A stretch of DNA of 64,000 nucleotides from an uncultured Clostridiaceae bacterium (GTDB taxonomy: Bacteria > Bacillota > Clostridia > TANB77 > CAG-508). Made by a program: the position numbers and the translations under genes. The notes beneath the pieces were generated by a model. That model saw only the letters and a program-made list of their open reading frames with translations. It was not told the DNA's origin and searched no databases. The stretch lies in contig CAOKMR010000001.1 of assembly GCA_948469815.1 (NCBI GenBank), positions 6,710 through 70,709 of the forward strand, read 5' to 3'. Shown here in pieces: positions 32,288 to 42,458 of this stretch (positions are counted from its first letter, which is position 1; every line of letters begins with the position of its first letter).

Positions 32288-32877
32288 ATAAAAAAGGAGA
32301 ATTAAAAGTTATGGGAACTAGAGGAATATATGGATTTTATAAAAATAAAATAGATAAATTAACATACAAGCACTTTGATAGCTATTTTGAAGGATTAGGT
32401 AATCAAATAGTTGATTTTATAAAAAATACATCAGTAGAGGAAATGAATAAGATATTTGACAAAACTATTCTAGTAAAAGAAACAGATAATCCAACAATCG
32501 AACAAATTATAGAGTGTTATAAATTTGCCAATTTAGAAGTTAGTACAAGATGTATATCAGATTTTTATTGTTTACTTAGAGAAACTCAAGGAAATTTAGC
32601 TGTATATAAAGATACAAACTTAAGATATATGATAGATAATAAGGATTTTATAAAGGACAGTTTATTTTGTGAATATGGATACATAATTAATCTTGATAGT
32701 AACGAATTAGAAATTTATATAGGGGGAAATAAAAAGAAAATAAATAATAGATACAATACTAAACCTTATGATGGTTATTATCAATGCAAGTTGTTAAAAA
32801 GATATCCATTAAAAGATATTCCAGAAAATTGGATACAAGAGTGTAATGAATTATTAGAAAGGAAAGAAGTTGCTTAA
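32284..32877 (+). CDS. Hypothetical protein
   Basis: 197 aa, ATGA overlap with the upstream gene. Confidence 0.3.
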   Translation: MNKKGELKVMGTRGIYGFYKNKIDKLTYKHFDSYFEGLGNQIVDFIKNTSVEEMNKIFDKTILVKETDNPTIEQIIECYKFANLEVSTRCISDFYCLLRETQGNLAVYKDTNLRYMIDNKDFIKDSLFCEYGYIINLDSNELEIYIGGNKKKINNRYNTKPYDGYYQCKLLKRYPLKDIPENWIQECNELLERKEVA

Positions 32878-32939
32878 AGTCAATTTTTTATTAAAATTTA
32901 TAATAATATAAAACAATTACAAAAAGAAAGGAAAATTTA

Positions 32940-34011
32940 ATGGAAGATACAGAGATTTACAATAAATTAAGTATTATAAATGTAAAAAATAAATTGAATC
33001 TAGAAGAGAGATATGCAAAAGGGGATAATATATATGTAACATGCCCATTCTGTTATGAAGGGAATCAAAGCAATATGAAACTTAATGTTACAAATGATAG
33101 TTATTATTGTCGAATGTGTGGAGAAAGTGGATTCGCAATTGGTTTATATGCCAAAATCAAATATATAAATAATAAAGTTGCATATAAAAGATTAATACAA
33201 GAAGAAGCTGAGATGCAAACAGAATTGAAAGAAATAAGAAAGTCAGTAAGGAAGCAAGATGAAGAAATATCTCTTGTATATGAATATTTTTTGAAAATGT
33301 TAGGGCTAAATAAAAAGCATTATAATATGCTACAAGAGTTAGGATTTTCTAAAGAAGATATAGTAAAATATTCTTTTAAAAGTATTCCTCAAAGGGAAAA
33401 TGAAAAAACAGAAATATGTAACAAGTTAATAAAAAGTGGATTTGATTTACAAGGAATCCCACGGATTCTATCTTAATAAACAAATGAAATGGACTTTTAA
33501 AAGTCATGAAGGTTTTTTTGTACCTGTGATATATAATAATAAAATACAAGGTCTTAGAATTCATTTAGATAAGGAATATAAATTAAAGACAACAGATATT
33601 TGGTTTAGTAGTAGTAAAGAATATAGAGGCTCAAACGCTAAAAACAGTATTTTACTATTAATTCCAAAAGATATAGAAAAGCTAGAACTAGTTACTAAAG
33701 AAAACGAAGGTAAAGAAATTATTATTGCAAGTGAAATGCTCTTAGCATATAAAGCATATAAAGAATGGAATAAGATTACAATAGGATTACCTAATACAAT
33801 ATCTGCTAAGGAAGCAGAAAGAATATTATCAAATATAAAAATTAAACAAGCAAATGTTTATTTTGATTTCCATACTGTGTTCACAGATCCAAGTCCAATT
33901 TATAGAAATTTGCTAGATAAGATAGATGAAGACAAAATAAATATAAAATTCATTATCAAAAATTCAGATATGGAAAAATTAGATAATGAAAATGTTGCTA
34001 AAGTTGCATAG
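32940..34011 (+). CDS. Primase-like protein with N-terminal CHC2 zinc finger; frame broken once
   Basis: CPFCYEG…YYCRMCGESGFAIGLY zf-CHC2. Deleting the C at 33462 fuses 32940-33476 with 33436-34011 (…GIPGFYLNKQMKW…). Confidence 0.5.
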
Positions 34012-34167
34012 AAAGGAAATAAAATGAAAAAAAATAAATGTATTATAATAAATAATGATGGAGATTTGAAGGCTTTAAGAGAAGCAATAAAATATGCTAA
34101 AAAGTTTAAAGAAAAGAATGGAAAAACATCAAAAATAAAATTGGCAACAAACGAAAAGGTTGCTTAA

Positions 34168-34200
34168 ATAAAATTAATAGGAATAGAGCAAGTTAGCTAT
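34168..34200 (+). terminator. Perfect 13-bp stem hairpin terminator
   Basis: atagagcaagtta-gctat-taacttgctctat followed by TTT. Confidence 0.5.
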
Positions 34201-34204
34201 TAAC

Positions 34205-35030
34205 TTGCTCTATTTTAAGAAAGGAATAGATAATATGAGTCATTTTTCGTTAGCCGTCTTTACAGATGAAAACACAATATTAGATGATTTACTAGAACCA
34301 TTTTGTGAAGATATAGAAGTTGAAAAATATATAGCACTTACTAAAAAACAAATAATACAACGAGGCAAAGATAGAATTAAGATATTAAAAAGGAAATATA
34401 AAGAATATAAAAAAGACAAGAAAGGATATAGAAGAAAATTTTCTAAAAATATTGAACACCTAAGGTACATAAAAAAGATTCCTTTAATGTGTAAATGGGA
34501 TAATGAAAAAATATATAAACATGAAATTAGATTTTATGATAAAGAACAAATTTCAGAAGATGGAGGAATATGGTCTATTTATAATCCAAAATCTAAGTGG
34601 GATTACTACAGTATAGGTCGGTAGATGGGATAAAATGCTTATAGTAGGAGAATCAGATAAAATATCTGAATGTAAACGTGTAAATAAAGCAAAAGTAAAG
34701 GATATAAGATGGGACTTAATGAAAGAAGAATATAAGAAAGATTTAAAACCATATGAAGAATTTATAAATGAATCTTATTATCCCCCCAAAGAATATCTAA
34801 AAGAAAAATATCCAACTGAGGAAGATTATATTAAGAGTTTTACAAAATTTAGTACTTATGCAGTTTTAACACCAGATGGAATTTGGAATGAACCAGGAAG
34901 AATTGGCTGGTGGTGTATATCGGAGGCAACTCCTAAACAAGAAAGAGAATTTCAAAATCAATATGAAGAAAGATTTATCAAAAATGCAAATCCAGAATGG
35001 TATTTAACCATTGTAGATTGTCATATATAA
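34205..35030 (+). CDS. Two-domain hypothetical protein, paralog of 35045-35713; frame broken once
   Basis: Deleting the C at 34619 fuses 34205-34624 and 34635-35030. The product aligns end-to-end with the neighbouring 238-aa paralog (TDEN…LLEPF… and …DIRWDL…PDG.W…W…I..C.). Confidence 0.4.
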
Positions 35031-35044
35031 AGGAGAAAAAGTTT

Positions 35045-35713
35045 ATGTATTATTTAGTAACAGTTTTAACGGATGAAAATGTAACAGTCGAAGAACTACT
35101 AGAACCTTTTGGGGTAAATAGTAAGGTAACAAATAGAGAAGTATTATTTACTAAAGAAGAACTTATTAGTGAAGAAAAAATGAATATATGGAAGGCTGAA
35201 GCTGAATATAGGAAAGCAAGTAGAATAAAGGGAATTACAGATAAAGAGAAAGAAAGACTATTTTATCAAATAGAGAAATTAGAACAATTAGAAAAGGCAA
35301 GTAGAGAAGAAATATATCAATATGCAATACAATGGTATTCCAAAGAACTAATAACACCTGAAGGTGGAGTATATAAATCATATAATCCTTATGCAAGATG
35401 GTCAAGCTATAGAAGAGATAGTGAAAATGTAAAGATTTTAGTAGTAGAGGATCTATATAAAAAAGGTAGTTATACTCGTGTAAGCTCAGCAAAGCTGAAA
35501 GATATACAGTGGGATTTATTAAGATATGGAAATATACCAAGTGAAGTTTGTATTATGCCAGATGGAACTTGGTATTACACTAATGAGGGATGCTGTATTA
35601 AGGTAAATAAAAATGACAGGAAAGAAATAACTTTAAATTGGTGTGATATAGGAGAATGTATAATTAAAAATGATCCAGAATGGACAGTAAACATTGTAGA
35701 GTGCTATATGTAA
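35045..35713 (+). CDS. Hypothetical protein (paralog of 34205-35030)
   Basis: ATG after AAAGGAGAAAAAG. Same two-module architecture, ending …WTVNIVECYM. Confidence 0.35.
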   Translation: MYYLVTVLTDENVTVEELLEPFGVNSKVTNREVLFTKEELISEEKMNIWKAEAEYRKASRIKGITDKEKERLFYQIEKLEQLEKASREEIYQYAIQWYSKELITPEGGVYKSYNPYARWSSYRRDSENVKILVVEDLYKKGSYTRVSSAKLKDIQWDLLRYGNIPSEVCIMPDGTWYYTNEGCCIKVNKNDRKEITLNWCDIGECIIKNDPEWTVNIVECYM

Positions 35714-35762
35714 AAATAAGAATTAGGTATAAAATTTATAATAAAGGTGGGTAGATAAATAT

Positions 35763-36170
35763 ATGATAAATAAAGAAAAAATAATGGCAAAAAAGATAAA
35801 AAAATTATTAAACAAAAGAGGCTTTTTAGTTCATCAACACAATTCACAAACAAGTAAAAGTGTATATTTAAAAATTGATAAGGGAATGCTTCCTTCAATG
35901 AGAATAAGTGATCACAAACGACTTAATAATGACAATTGTAAATATAATGTTATAAAGAATTATAATGGAGTAAGAAATGAAATAGTAAATGGTAGAGAGA
36001 AAAAATATTATAATTTTAATAATTTAAGAAGATTAATTACAGATATTGAACTTGAAAGAAATAGTAAGATAATAACTATTGGCTATTTGAGATATAAAAA
36101 AATATTGAAGACAAGAATAAACAGAAAAACAAACTATAATAAAAATAAGTATTGTGAAAAAGTAGCTTAG
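35763..36170 (+). CDS. Lys/Asn-rich basic hypothetical protein
   Basis: 135 aa, very basic. Confidence 0.25.
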   Translation: MINKEKIMAKKIKKLLNKRGFLVHQHNSQTSKSVYLKIDKGMLPSMRISDHKRLNNDNCKYNVIKNYNGVRNEIVNGREKKYYNFNNLRRLITDIELERNSKIITIGYLRYKKILKTRINRKTNYNKNKYCEKVA

Positions 36171-36440
36171 AAAAATAAAAAGAGGTGTATAAGTTAATAA
36201 ATACATCTCTTTTATGTTAAATATGAGAAAGGATGATTCAAGTGGAATATAATAAGAGATATATATCATATATCATAACAATGTATGGTACTTTAGAAAC
36301 AAATAAAGAGTCTATAGAAGAAATGAAAAAAGAATTGGAACAAACTAATATACAATATTTGATAAATAAAGTAGATAGCAAATTTGTAGAATTAAATGAA
36401 GATGAACTGATAAGCAAATTTAGAGATATGGAGGATTGAA

Positions 36441-36908
36441 ATGAATAGAAAAGATAAGAATCTTTTTGGTAATTTTGACTTGATTTTACATTCTGTAACT
36501 AAAGAAGAGATAATAAAACAGGATATTAAAAGAATTAATGAATATATAAACAAATTGAGAAGCGACTTGGTGAATTCTTGTGGTAAAATGATGATTACGT
36601 TTGATGGTTATGATAATGATACAAGAGAAATATATGAAATAGAAGAAATAAGAAAATATATAAGCAAATTATTTAATCAAAATAAGGATTTATTCTATTA
36701 TATTACTACAATAGAGCAAAATAACAAATTAATACTTACATGTTTAAGTAATTTTAGACAAATAAAACTAGAAAACTGTGATATTGTTACTTTAGAAATT
36801 GAAACGGAAGTATCTTTAAAAAAACAAATTATTCAAGGCGTTTTATCATGTGCAAATAATAACATCGAGCATACAAACAAAGTATTAGAAAATTTATTTA
36901 ATAAATAA
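36441..36908 (+). CDS. Hypothetical protein
   Basis: 155 aa, coupled to neighbours at 36233-36439 and 36908-37444. Confidence 0.25.
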   Translation: MNRKDKNLFGNFDLILHSVTKEEIIKQDIKRINEYINKLRSDLVNSCGKMMITFDGYDNDTREIYEIEEIRKYISKLFNQNKDLFYYITTIEQNNKLILTCLSNFRQIKLENCDIVTLEIETEVSLKKQIIQGVLSCANNNIEHTNKVLENLFNK

Positions 36909-37444
36909 TGGAGGTAAATATGTTAAAAGAAAGATATATAAAATATAAATATGAAAAGGAATTTGCAGAGCATTTTAAAGATAATTGTGATTGTGATTTA
37001 ACAGATGGAGGAAAAGGAAGTTGCTTTTATGGGCAATATTTAGAAAAATCAATAGATGCAGAAGAGTTTCTAAAGGCAATAGGAGATGAATATTATGATT
37101 TACAATATGGTACATTTATAAGAACTATTACAGATGATGTTGCAGTTGTTATAGGAGTTATAAAAATTGCAGGTGTAATATATTTAAAATTAGATAGAGA
37201 AGTTATACTTGATAAAAAGGATATAAGTAAAAAATCTAATCTACTTCCTTGTGATAAAATAAGGACACATTCAAATATATTAAAAGAATTAGTACAGATT
37301 GGAGATATTGCAAATGGAAATCAAATTATTGATATAAAAGACGGAATACTATTCTATGGACATTGGGGGAATGAGCATATTATAGGAGAAGTAAAAGAAT
37401 TACTCACACGAAATAACTATGATAGTAAGGTAGTATTAAGTTAA
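36908..37444 (+). CDS. Hypothetical protein
   Basis: 178 aa. Followed by a hairpin with a T-run (37501-37530). Confidence 0.25.
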   Translation: MEVNMLKERYIKYKYEKEFAEHFKDNCDCDLTDGGKGSCFYGQYLEKSIDAEEFLKAIGDEYYDLQYGTFIRTITDDVAVVIGVIKIAGVIYLKLDREVILDKKDISKKSNLLPCDKIRTHSNILKELVQIGDIANGNQIIDIKDGILFYGHWGNEHIIGEVKELLTRNNYDSKVVLS

Positions 37445-37533
37445 AGTATATATTGTATTCTGATCGATTAAAGTTGAAGATAGAATTAACTATAATAAAT
37501 CCCCTAGGCAAATGACCAGGGGATTTTTTCTTA

Positions 37534-39378
37534 GTGCGACGGGCATGTCGTTTAGTTAATCGGTGAAAGTCCGTAGTGGAGGTATACATCGCTAACCACA
37601 TAGTGAAACACAAGCGTTCCATCGTGAGGTGAGACGTGGAGGAAGTGTGTAGCAAAATCTTGGCTCAATGTACAAAAACTTGATATTAAGGCTTGATAAG
37701 AGGGCAAGGCTACTTGTGAAGTCAAAACCCAAAAGATGTGCGTAACCTTACCAAGTAAATCAAGTGAGTAAAAGAGGAAAATTAAACGACTTACCCCGTG
37801 AGGTCTTGCGGACATTAGTAATAGTGGTCGGAAAAGGTTCATCGCAAGAAGTCAGCAGATACCATAGTAGGAAAATTTTTTTTTGAAGGGTTGAACAATT
37901 TGTAGTGTTTCAAACACCAAAATCAGGGGCGAATAATAGTTAGAATGTGTTAATGAGGAGAGTATAGGCGTATCCTAGAGAGTTACTCAAAATCAATAAT
38001 TTATTCGTCATCGAGAAAGGAGAAGGAGAAACAAGCATGGAACTTTTAGAACAAATCTTAGCAAAAGAAAATCTTAACCAAGCATACGAAAAAGTAAAGG
38101 CAAACAAAGGAGTAGCAGGAGTGGACGGAATAACAGTATATGAGGTAGACGAATATATAAAAGAAAACAAAGAAAAACTGTTAAGCCAAATACGTAAAAG
38201 AAAGTATAAGCCACAGCCAGTAAAAAGAGTACAAATACCAAAAGAAAATGGCAAGAAGAGAAATCTAGGAATACCAACAGTATTTGATAGAATAATACAA
38301 CAAGCAATGGTGCAAGTATTAAGTCCAATATTTGAAAAGCAGTTCAGCGATAATAGTTATGGATTTAGACCTAAGAGGAGCTGTGAACAAGCTGTAATAA
38401 AAGCATTAGAATATCTAAATGACGGTTATGAATGGATAGTAGATATAGACCTAGAGAAGTTTTTCGACACAGTTGACCAAGATAGACTAATCAATATCAT
38501 AATGAGAACAATAAAAGATGGAGATGTAGTATCATTGATAAGAAAATACCTAAGTGCAGGAGTAATGGACAAAGGAATAGCTAAAGCAACAGAAAAAGGA
38601 ACACCCCAAGGAGGAAACCTAAGTCCACTGTTATCAAATATAATGTTAAATGAACTAGATAAAGAATTGGAAGCACGTGGCTTGCAGTTCGTTCGTTATG
38701 CAGATGACTGTATCGTAATGGTTAAGAGTGAGAAAGCAGCGAACCGAGTGTTAAGTTCAATAACGAAATTTATTGAAAAGAAACTAGGTTTGAAAGTAAA
38801 TGCAGAAAAGAGTAAAGTAACAAGACCAACACAAACAAAATATTTAAGCTTTAGTTTTTGGAAAGATACAAAGGGAAGATGGAAACCAAAACCACATATA
38901 AAAGCATATCAAAAATTAAAAAGGAAACTAAAAGCATTAACTAAAAGAAATTGGAGCATAAGCCTAGATAATAGGATAAAGCAAATCAATTACTTAGTTA
39001 GAGGTTGGGTAAATTACTTTAGAATTGCAAATATGAAAAATGCCATAGAAGAAATAGACAAACATTTAAGGACACGAATAAGAGTAATAATCTGGAAACA
39101 ATGGAAAAAGCCACAAAGAAAAGAGAAAGCATTAAAGCAACTAGGAGTAAAACCAGATATTGCATATAACCTAGCACATACAGGAAAAGGATATCAATTA
39201 GTAGCAAAAACAGATTGGCTAAAGTTTGCAATAAATAATGATAGGCTAAGAAAAAGAGGTCTGATATTTCTATCAGACCAATATGCTAAAGTACATGTTG
39301 AAATATAAATTGAACCGCCCATTGCCGAACGGCACGATGTGGTGGTGTGAGAGGGAATAAATAAAATAATTATTTATT
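37534..39378 (+). mobile_element. Group II intron (class-C-like, bacterial) inserted immediately downstream of a rho-independent terminator
   Basis: 5' GUGCGAC at 37534 directly after the hairpin ccccTAGG…CCAGGGG+TTTTTT. Internal RT/maturase ORF. 3' region carries D5/D6-like hairpins ending about 39378, just before the convergent HU stop. Boundaries are approximate. Confidence 0.65.
38037..39308 (+). CDS. Group II intron reverse transcriptase/maturase
   Basis: 423 aa. RT motifs through YADDCIVMV, followed by a maturase (X) domain. Confidence 0.85.
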   Translation: MELLEQILAKENLNQAYEKVKANKGVAGVDGITVYEVDEYIKENKEKLLSQIRKRKYKPQPVKRVQIPKENGKKRNLGIPTVFDRIIQQAMVQVLSPIFEKQFSDNSYGFRPKRSCEQAVIKALEYLNDGYEWIVDIDLEKFFDTVDQDRLINIIMRTIKDGDVVSLIRKYLSAGVMDKGIAKATEKGTPQGGNLSPLLSNIMLNELDKELEARGLQFVRYADDCIVMVKSEKAANRVLSSITKFIEKKLGLKVNAEKSKVTRPTQTKYLSFSFWKDTKGRWKPKPHIKAYQKLKRKLKALTKRNWSISLDNRIKQINYLVRGWVNYFRIANMKNAIEEIDKHLRTRIRVIIWKQWKKPQRKEKALKQLGVKPDIAYNLAHTGKGYQLVAKTDWLKFAINNDRLRKRGLIFLSDQYAKVHVEI

Positions 39379-39380
39379 CT

Positions 39381-39662
39381 CTACTCGATTTTATTTACAG
39401 CATCTTTCAATGCTTTACCAGGCTTGAATGTTGGGAGTGTTGATGCAGGTATTTTTATCTCTTCTTTAGTTCTAGGATTAATTCCTTTCATTGCAGCTCT
39501 TTTACGAGTTTGAAAAGAACCAAACCCAACTAATTTAATTTTTCCTTTATTCTTTAATACTTCCGAAATTATTTCAATGATAGCATCTAAATTAGTTTCA
39601 GAAGATTTTTTAGATGTACCAACCTTTTCGGCAATAGTTGTTACTAATTCACTTTTATTCAT
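39381..39662 (-). CDS. hup: HU/IHF-family DNA-binding protein
   Basis: 93 aa. MNKSELV…FGSFQTRKRAA…GINPRT…I.IPA is the canonical HU signature. Confidence 0.85.
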   Translation of the reverse strand: MNKSELVTTIAEKVGTSKKSSETNLDAIIEIISEVLKNKGKIKLVGFGSFQTRKRAAMKGINPRTKEEIKIPASTLPTFKPGKALKDAVNKIE

Positions 39663-39814
39663 TACAATATAACCTCCTTTCGCAAATTATATTGCAAATA
39701 ATGTATCAAAGTTATAGGAAAATGTCAAGAAATGTCGATAAATACATTGTTAAAAAAGGAAAAATGTGATATTATTTAAATATAAAATAGTAATTGTAAA
39801 AAGGAAATTTATTT

Positions 39815-40525
39815 GTGGAAAGTTTAGAAATTGATAAAAATAGTTTTTATACTAGTAAAGCCAACTATACAGAATATATGTATTGTTGGCAGTATGCTAA
39901 ATGGAATGTTGAAAAAATTTCAAAAAGTAATAATGCAAATGGTTATATTGTTCAAATGGTAAAAATGAAAATAGAAAACGATAACGATGTAATCATAAAA
40001 CAATATTTTGAGGCATGGAAAGTTGAGAATGGGAAGTGTTGTGAAGTAATTGATAATTCCCAATATAATGACCTATTTTTAATTGGAAGAGATATATATG
40101 ATTCTTTTCATGAATTAAAGATGTCAATTGGAAAGTCTGGTCAAAGTTGTTTTGAAGGTGTTGTTTTTTGGATAGATAAGTGTGATGAATTATATAAAGA
40201 TATTGATAAATGGGAAAAATCCGAAGTAGAAGAAGCAAAGGAACTTAAATCTAAAAAGTATTCTGAAAAATTAGAAAATCAATTTAGAAAGAGACGATAT
40301 TTTAACAGAAAACCATTTGTTCATAAGTGGGATATGACAAAAGAAGATGACATCTTTAGGATTACATGTAAATATTTGTACGAAATGTGCGATAATTACT
40401 CTGATAAATTAAAAAAGATGAAACTAGAAAATTATATTATAGATTTATTTTCAGAAGAACATTATAATATAAAACAAAAGGTTGTAGAGAAAATGAAAAA
40501 ACAACTTCAAATTGATGATATTTAA
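39815..40525 (+). CDS. Hypothetical protein
   Basis: 236 aa, GTG start. No recognised motif. Confidence 0.3.
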   Translation: MESLEIDKNSFYTSKANYTEYMYCWQYAKWNVEKISKSNNANGYIVQMVKMKIENDNDVIIKQYFEAWKVENGKCCEVIDNSQYNDLFLIGRDIYDSFHELKMSIGKSGQSCFEGVVFWIDKCDELYKDIDKWEKSEVEEAKELKSKKYSEKLENQFRKRRYFNRKPFVHKWDMTKEDDIFRITCKYLYEMCDNYSDKLKKMKLENYIIDLFSEEHYNIKQKVVEKMKKQLQIDDI

Positions 40526-40567
40526 TATGTAAACATTTATACAAATTATAAGTATAGAGGTGAAATT

Positions 40568-41446
40568 ATGAAGTGTTTAGAAACATGTGAAAGAGAAATA
40601 AACAATTTGCAAAACGATATTGAAAAATATTTAAACGAAGAAAATAATGAAATAAAAATATTTAAAGCTATAATAGATATAGTATATACTGAAAATCCTT
40701 TAAAAATTAATTTTTTTGCTTTAGGTATAAGAGAACTTATTAGAATATTTTTACAGCGTAATAGTAGTGATTCTGATATAAAAAAATGTACATGGTATGA
40801 AGATTATATTGAATATGATGCTGAAAACAGAGAAATAATTACAAGAAAACAAAGAATGCTATATTCAATTTATGGTGGATTAAATTTAAAAGATATAAAA
40901 CAAAAGTTGAATATAGATATAGATGATAAAATAAAGCAATTATTGATTATAATTAATAAATTAAGCAAGTTTACGCATATAGAATCTATCACATCTAATA
41001 ATGAATTTATAATGCAAGAAATAAAAGAGATTTTAAAAACATTTAAAGAATTTCTAGAAAAATTATTTAATTTTAGAGAAGAGCTTTCTTATGACTATGA
41101 AAAGTTTATTTCTGAATTAATAACAGATAAGTTTGCAAATGATGTTATAGAAGATCTTGATATAAAAGCTACTCATTATGAAGATGCATGTTTCTATATT
41201 GAGGATATAAAAATATTATCAATCGATTCAAGTAATATACATTTATCTGTGAGTGGAGACACAAGTGCTACTCTTCAATATGGTTCTAATTCTGATAATA
41301 AAATTGGTGATGGGATTAGAATTTATAAAAATTATTTAACTAACGTTAATATTTCTATTGCAACTGATAAAGCATTTGATACAAATTTTTTAAATGCAAA
41401 AATAGAAGATGTAAAGATAATAGATGATAGAGAAGACATAATGTGA
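40568..41446 (+). CDS. Hypothetical protein
   Basis: 292 aa. No recognised motif. Confidence 0.3.
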   Translation: MKCLETCEREINNLQNDIEKYLNEENNEIKIFKAIIDIVYTENPLKINFFALGIRELIRIFLQRNSSDSDIKKCTWYEDYIEYDAENREIITRKQRMLYSIYGGLNLKDIKQKLNIDIDDKIKQLLIIINKLSKFTHIESITSNNEFIMQEIKEILKTFKEFLEKLFNFREELSYDYEKFISELITDKFANDVIEDLDIKATHYEDACFYIEDIKILSIDSSNIHLSVSGDTSATLQYGSNSDNKIGDGIRIYKNYLTNVNISIATDKAFDTNFLNAKIEDVKIIDDREDIM

Positions 41447-41631
41447 ATTATTACCAAGTTGGGATTGTGAATGTATTAAAGAACAATTTATGACATCATT
41501 ATCAAATAGTATTGATAAACTTGAAAATAAGGAGAAATAAACAAAATTATACAATTGGAATAGTTAGTTTTGGGGTATGTAGTTAAAATATTAGAAAATA
41601 CAAAAAGTTAAAATAAAGAATTCCAAAGTTA

Positions 41632-41892
41632 TTATTCTCTGGAATTTTTTTGAATTTCAATATTTTCAATATTAAATATAGGATCTTTAAAAAACTCTTC
41701 TAATGTAACACCTAATCCTTCACAAATTAGGTACAGAGTATCAACTCTTGGATATAAAATTCTACTTCTGAAAAAGTCATTTAATAGTGAAGGATTAATG
41801 CCTGCATCACAAGATACTTCATATTTTGAACTTTTTTCTTTTTCTTTCATTAAGTTTTCAAGTCTAAGTTTAATAGCTTCATTAAGTTGCAT
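41632..41892 (-). CDS. XRE-family HTH transcriptional regulator
   Basis: 86 aa. The helix-turn-helix …SKYEVSCDAGINPSLLNDFF… resembles the Cro/CI type. Confidence 0.55.
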   Translation of the reverse strand: MQLNEAIKLRLENLMKEKEKSSKYEVSCDAGINPSLLNDFFRSRILYPRVDTLYLICEGLGVTLEEFFKDPIFNIENIEIQKNSRE

Positions 41893-41954
41893 TTTAATAA
41901 TCCCCCAATCTAAATAAAATCATTAAAATTATAACAAAACTTTTTACATGACAT

Positions 41955-42065
41955 TGCGTTAAAAAACGCATAATACAATTTAAATAAAGTTGATGATGAT
42001 AGGCAAATAGTTGCTAAAAATAAGAGAAAGTAGTAAAATAAAGATGATATGCGTTAAAAAACGTA
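41955..42065. promoter_or_regulatory. Two copies of operator-like motif TGCGTTAAAAAACG(C/T)A in the promoter region between XRE gene and the 42093 gene
   Basis: tgcgttaaaaaacgca at 41955-41970 and tgcgttaaaaaacgta at 42050-42065. Each has short inverted arms GCGTT/AACGC. Confidence 0.4.
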
Positions 42066-42092
42066 CAATATAAAATGAAAGGAGAATGATTA

Positions 42093-42452
42093 TTGAAAAC
42101 AAAGATGTACAAAATTGTTTTAAATAATGGAGAAGAAATAATAAATAGTTATTGTACTTCTTATTCATTACCTAAATTATTAGAACAATTTATAAATGAC
42201 GATTGGAAAACATTATTTATTAGTTCATATAAAATAGGAAAGGAATCAAAGAAAAAAAATAGAGATTTAAACAATATAGAAAAAGAAAGATATTATAATA
42301 CAAAATACTCACTGTATTATAAGAGATATAAAAATAATAAAATAGAGGAAAAAGAGTATGAAGAAATTAAGGAAATACTAAAAAGATTAAAAAATGAATG
42401 TAAAACTAAGAAAGAATTTGAAACAAAATTTGAGAAATATGAAGAACACTAA
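42093..42452 (+). CDS. Lys/Glu-rich hypothetical protein
   Basis: 119 aa, TTG start. Confidence 0.25.
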   Translation: MKTKMYKIVLNNGEEIINSYCTSYSLPKLLEQFINDDWKTLFISSYKIGKESKKKNRDLNNIEKERYYNTKYSLYYKRYKNNKIEEKEYEEIKEILKRLKNECKTKKEFETKFEKYEEH

Positions 42453-42458
42453 AAAATA

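Noticed and set aside
37404-39231. Five minus-strand ORFs (37404-37655, 37552-37842, 37940-38254, 38074-38328, 39019-39231) inside the group II intron
   Set aside because: They are antisense to the structured intron RNA and the RT gene, hence artefacts.
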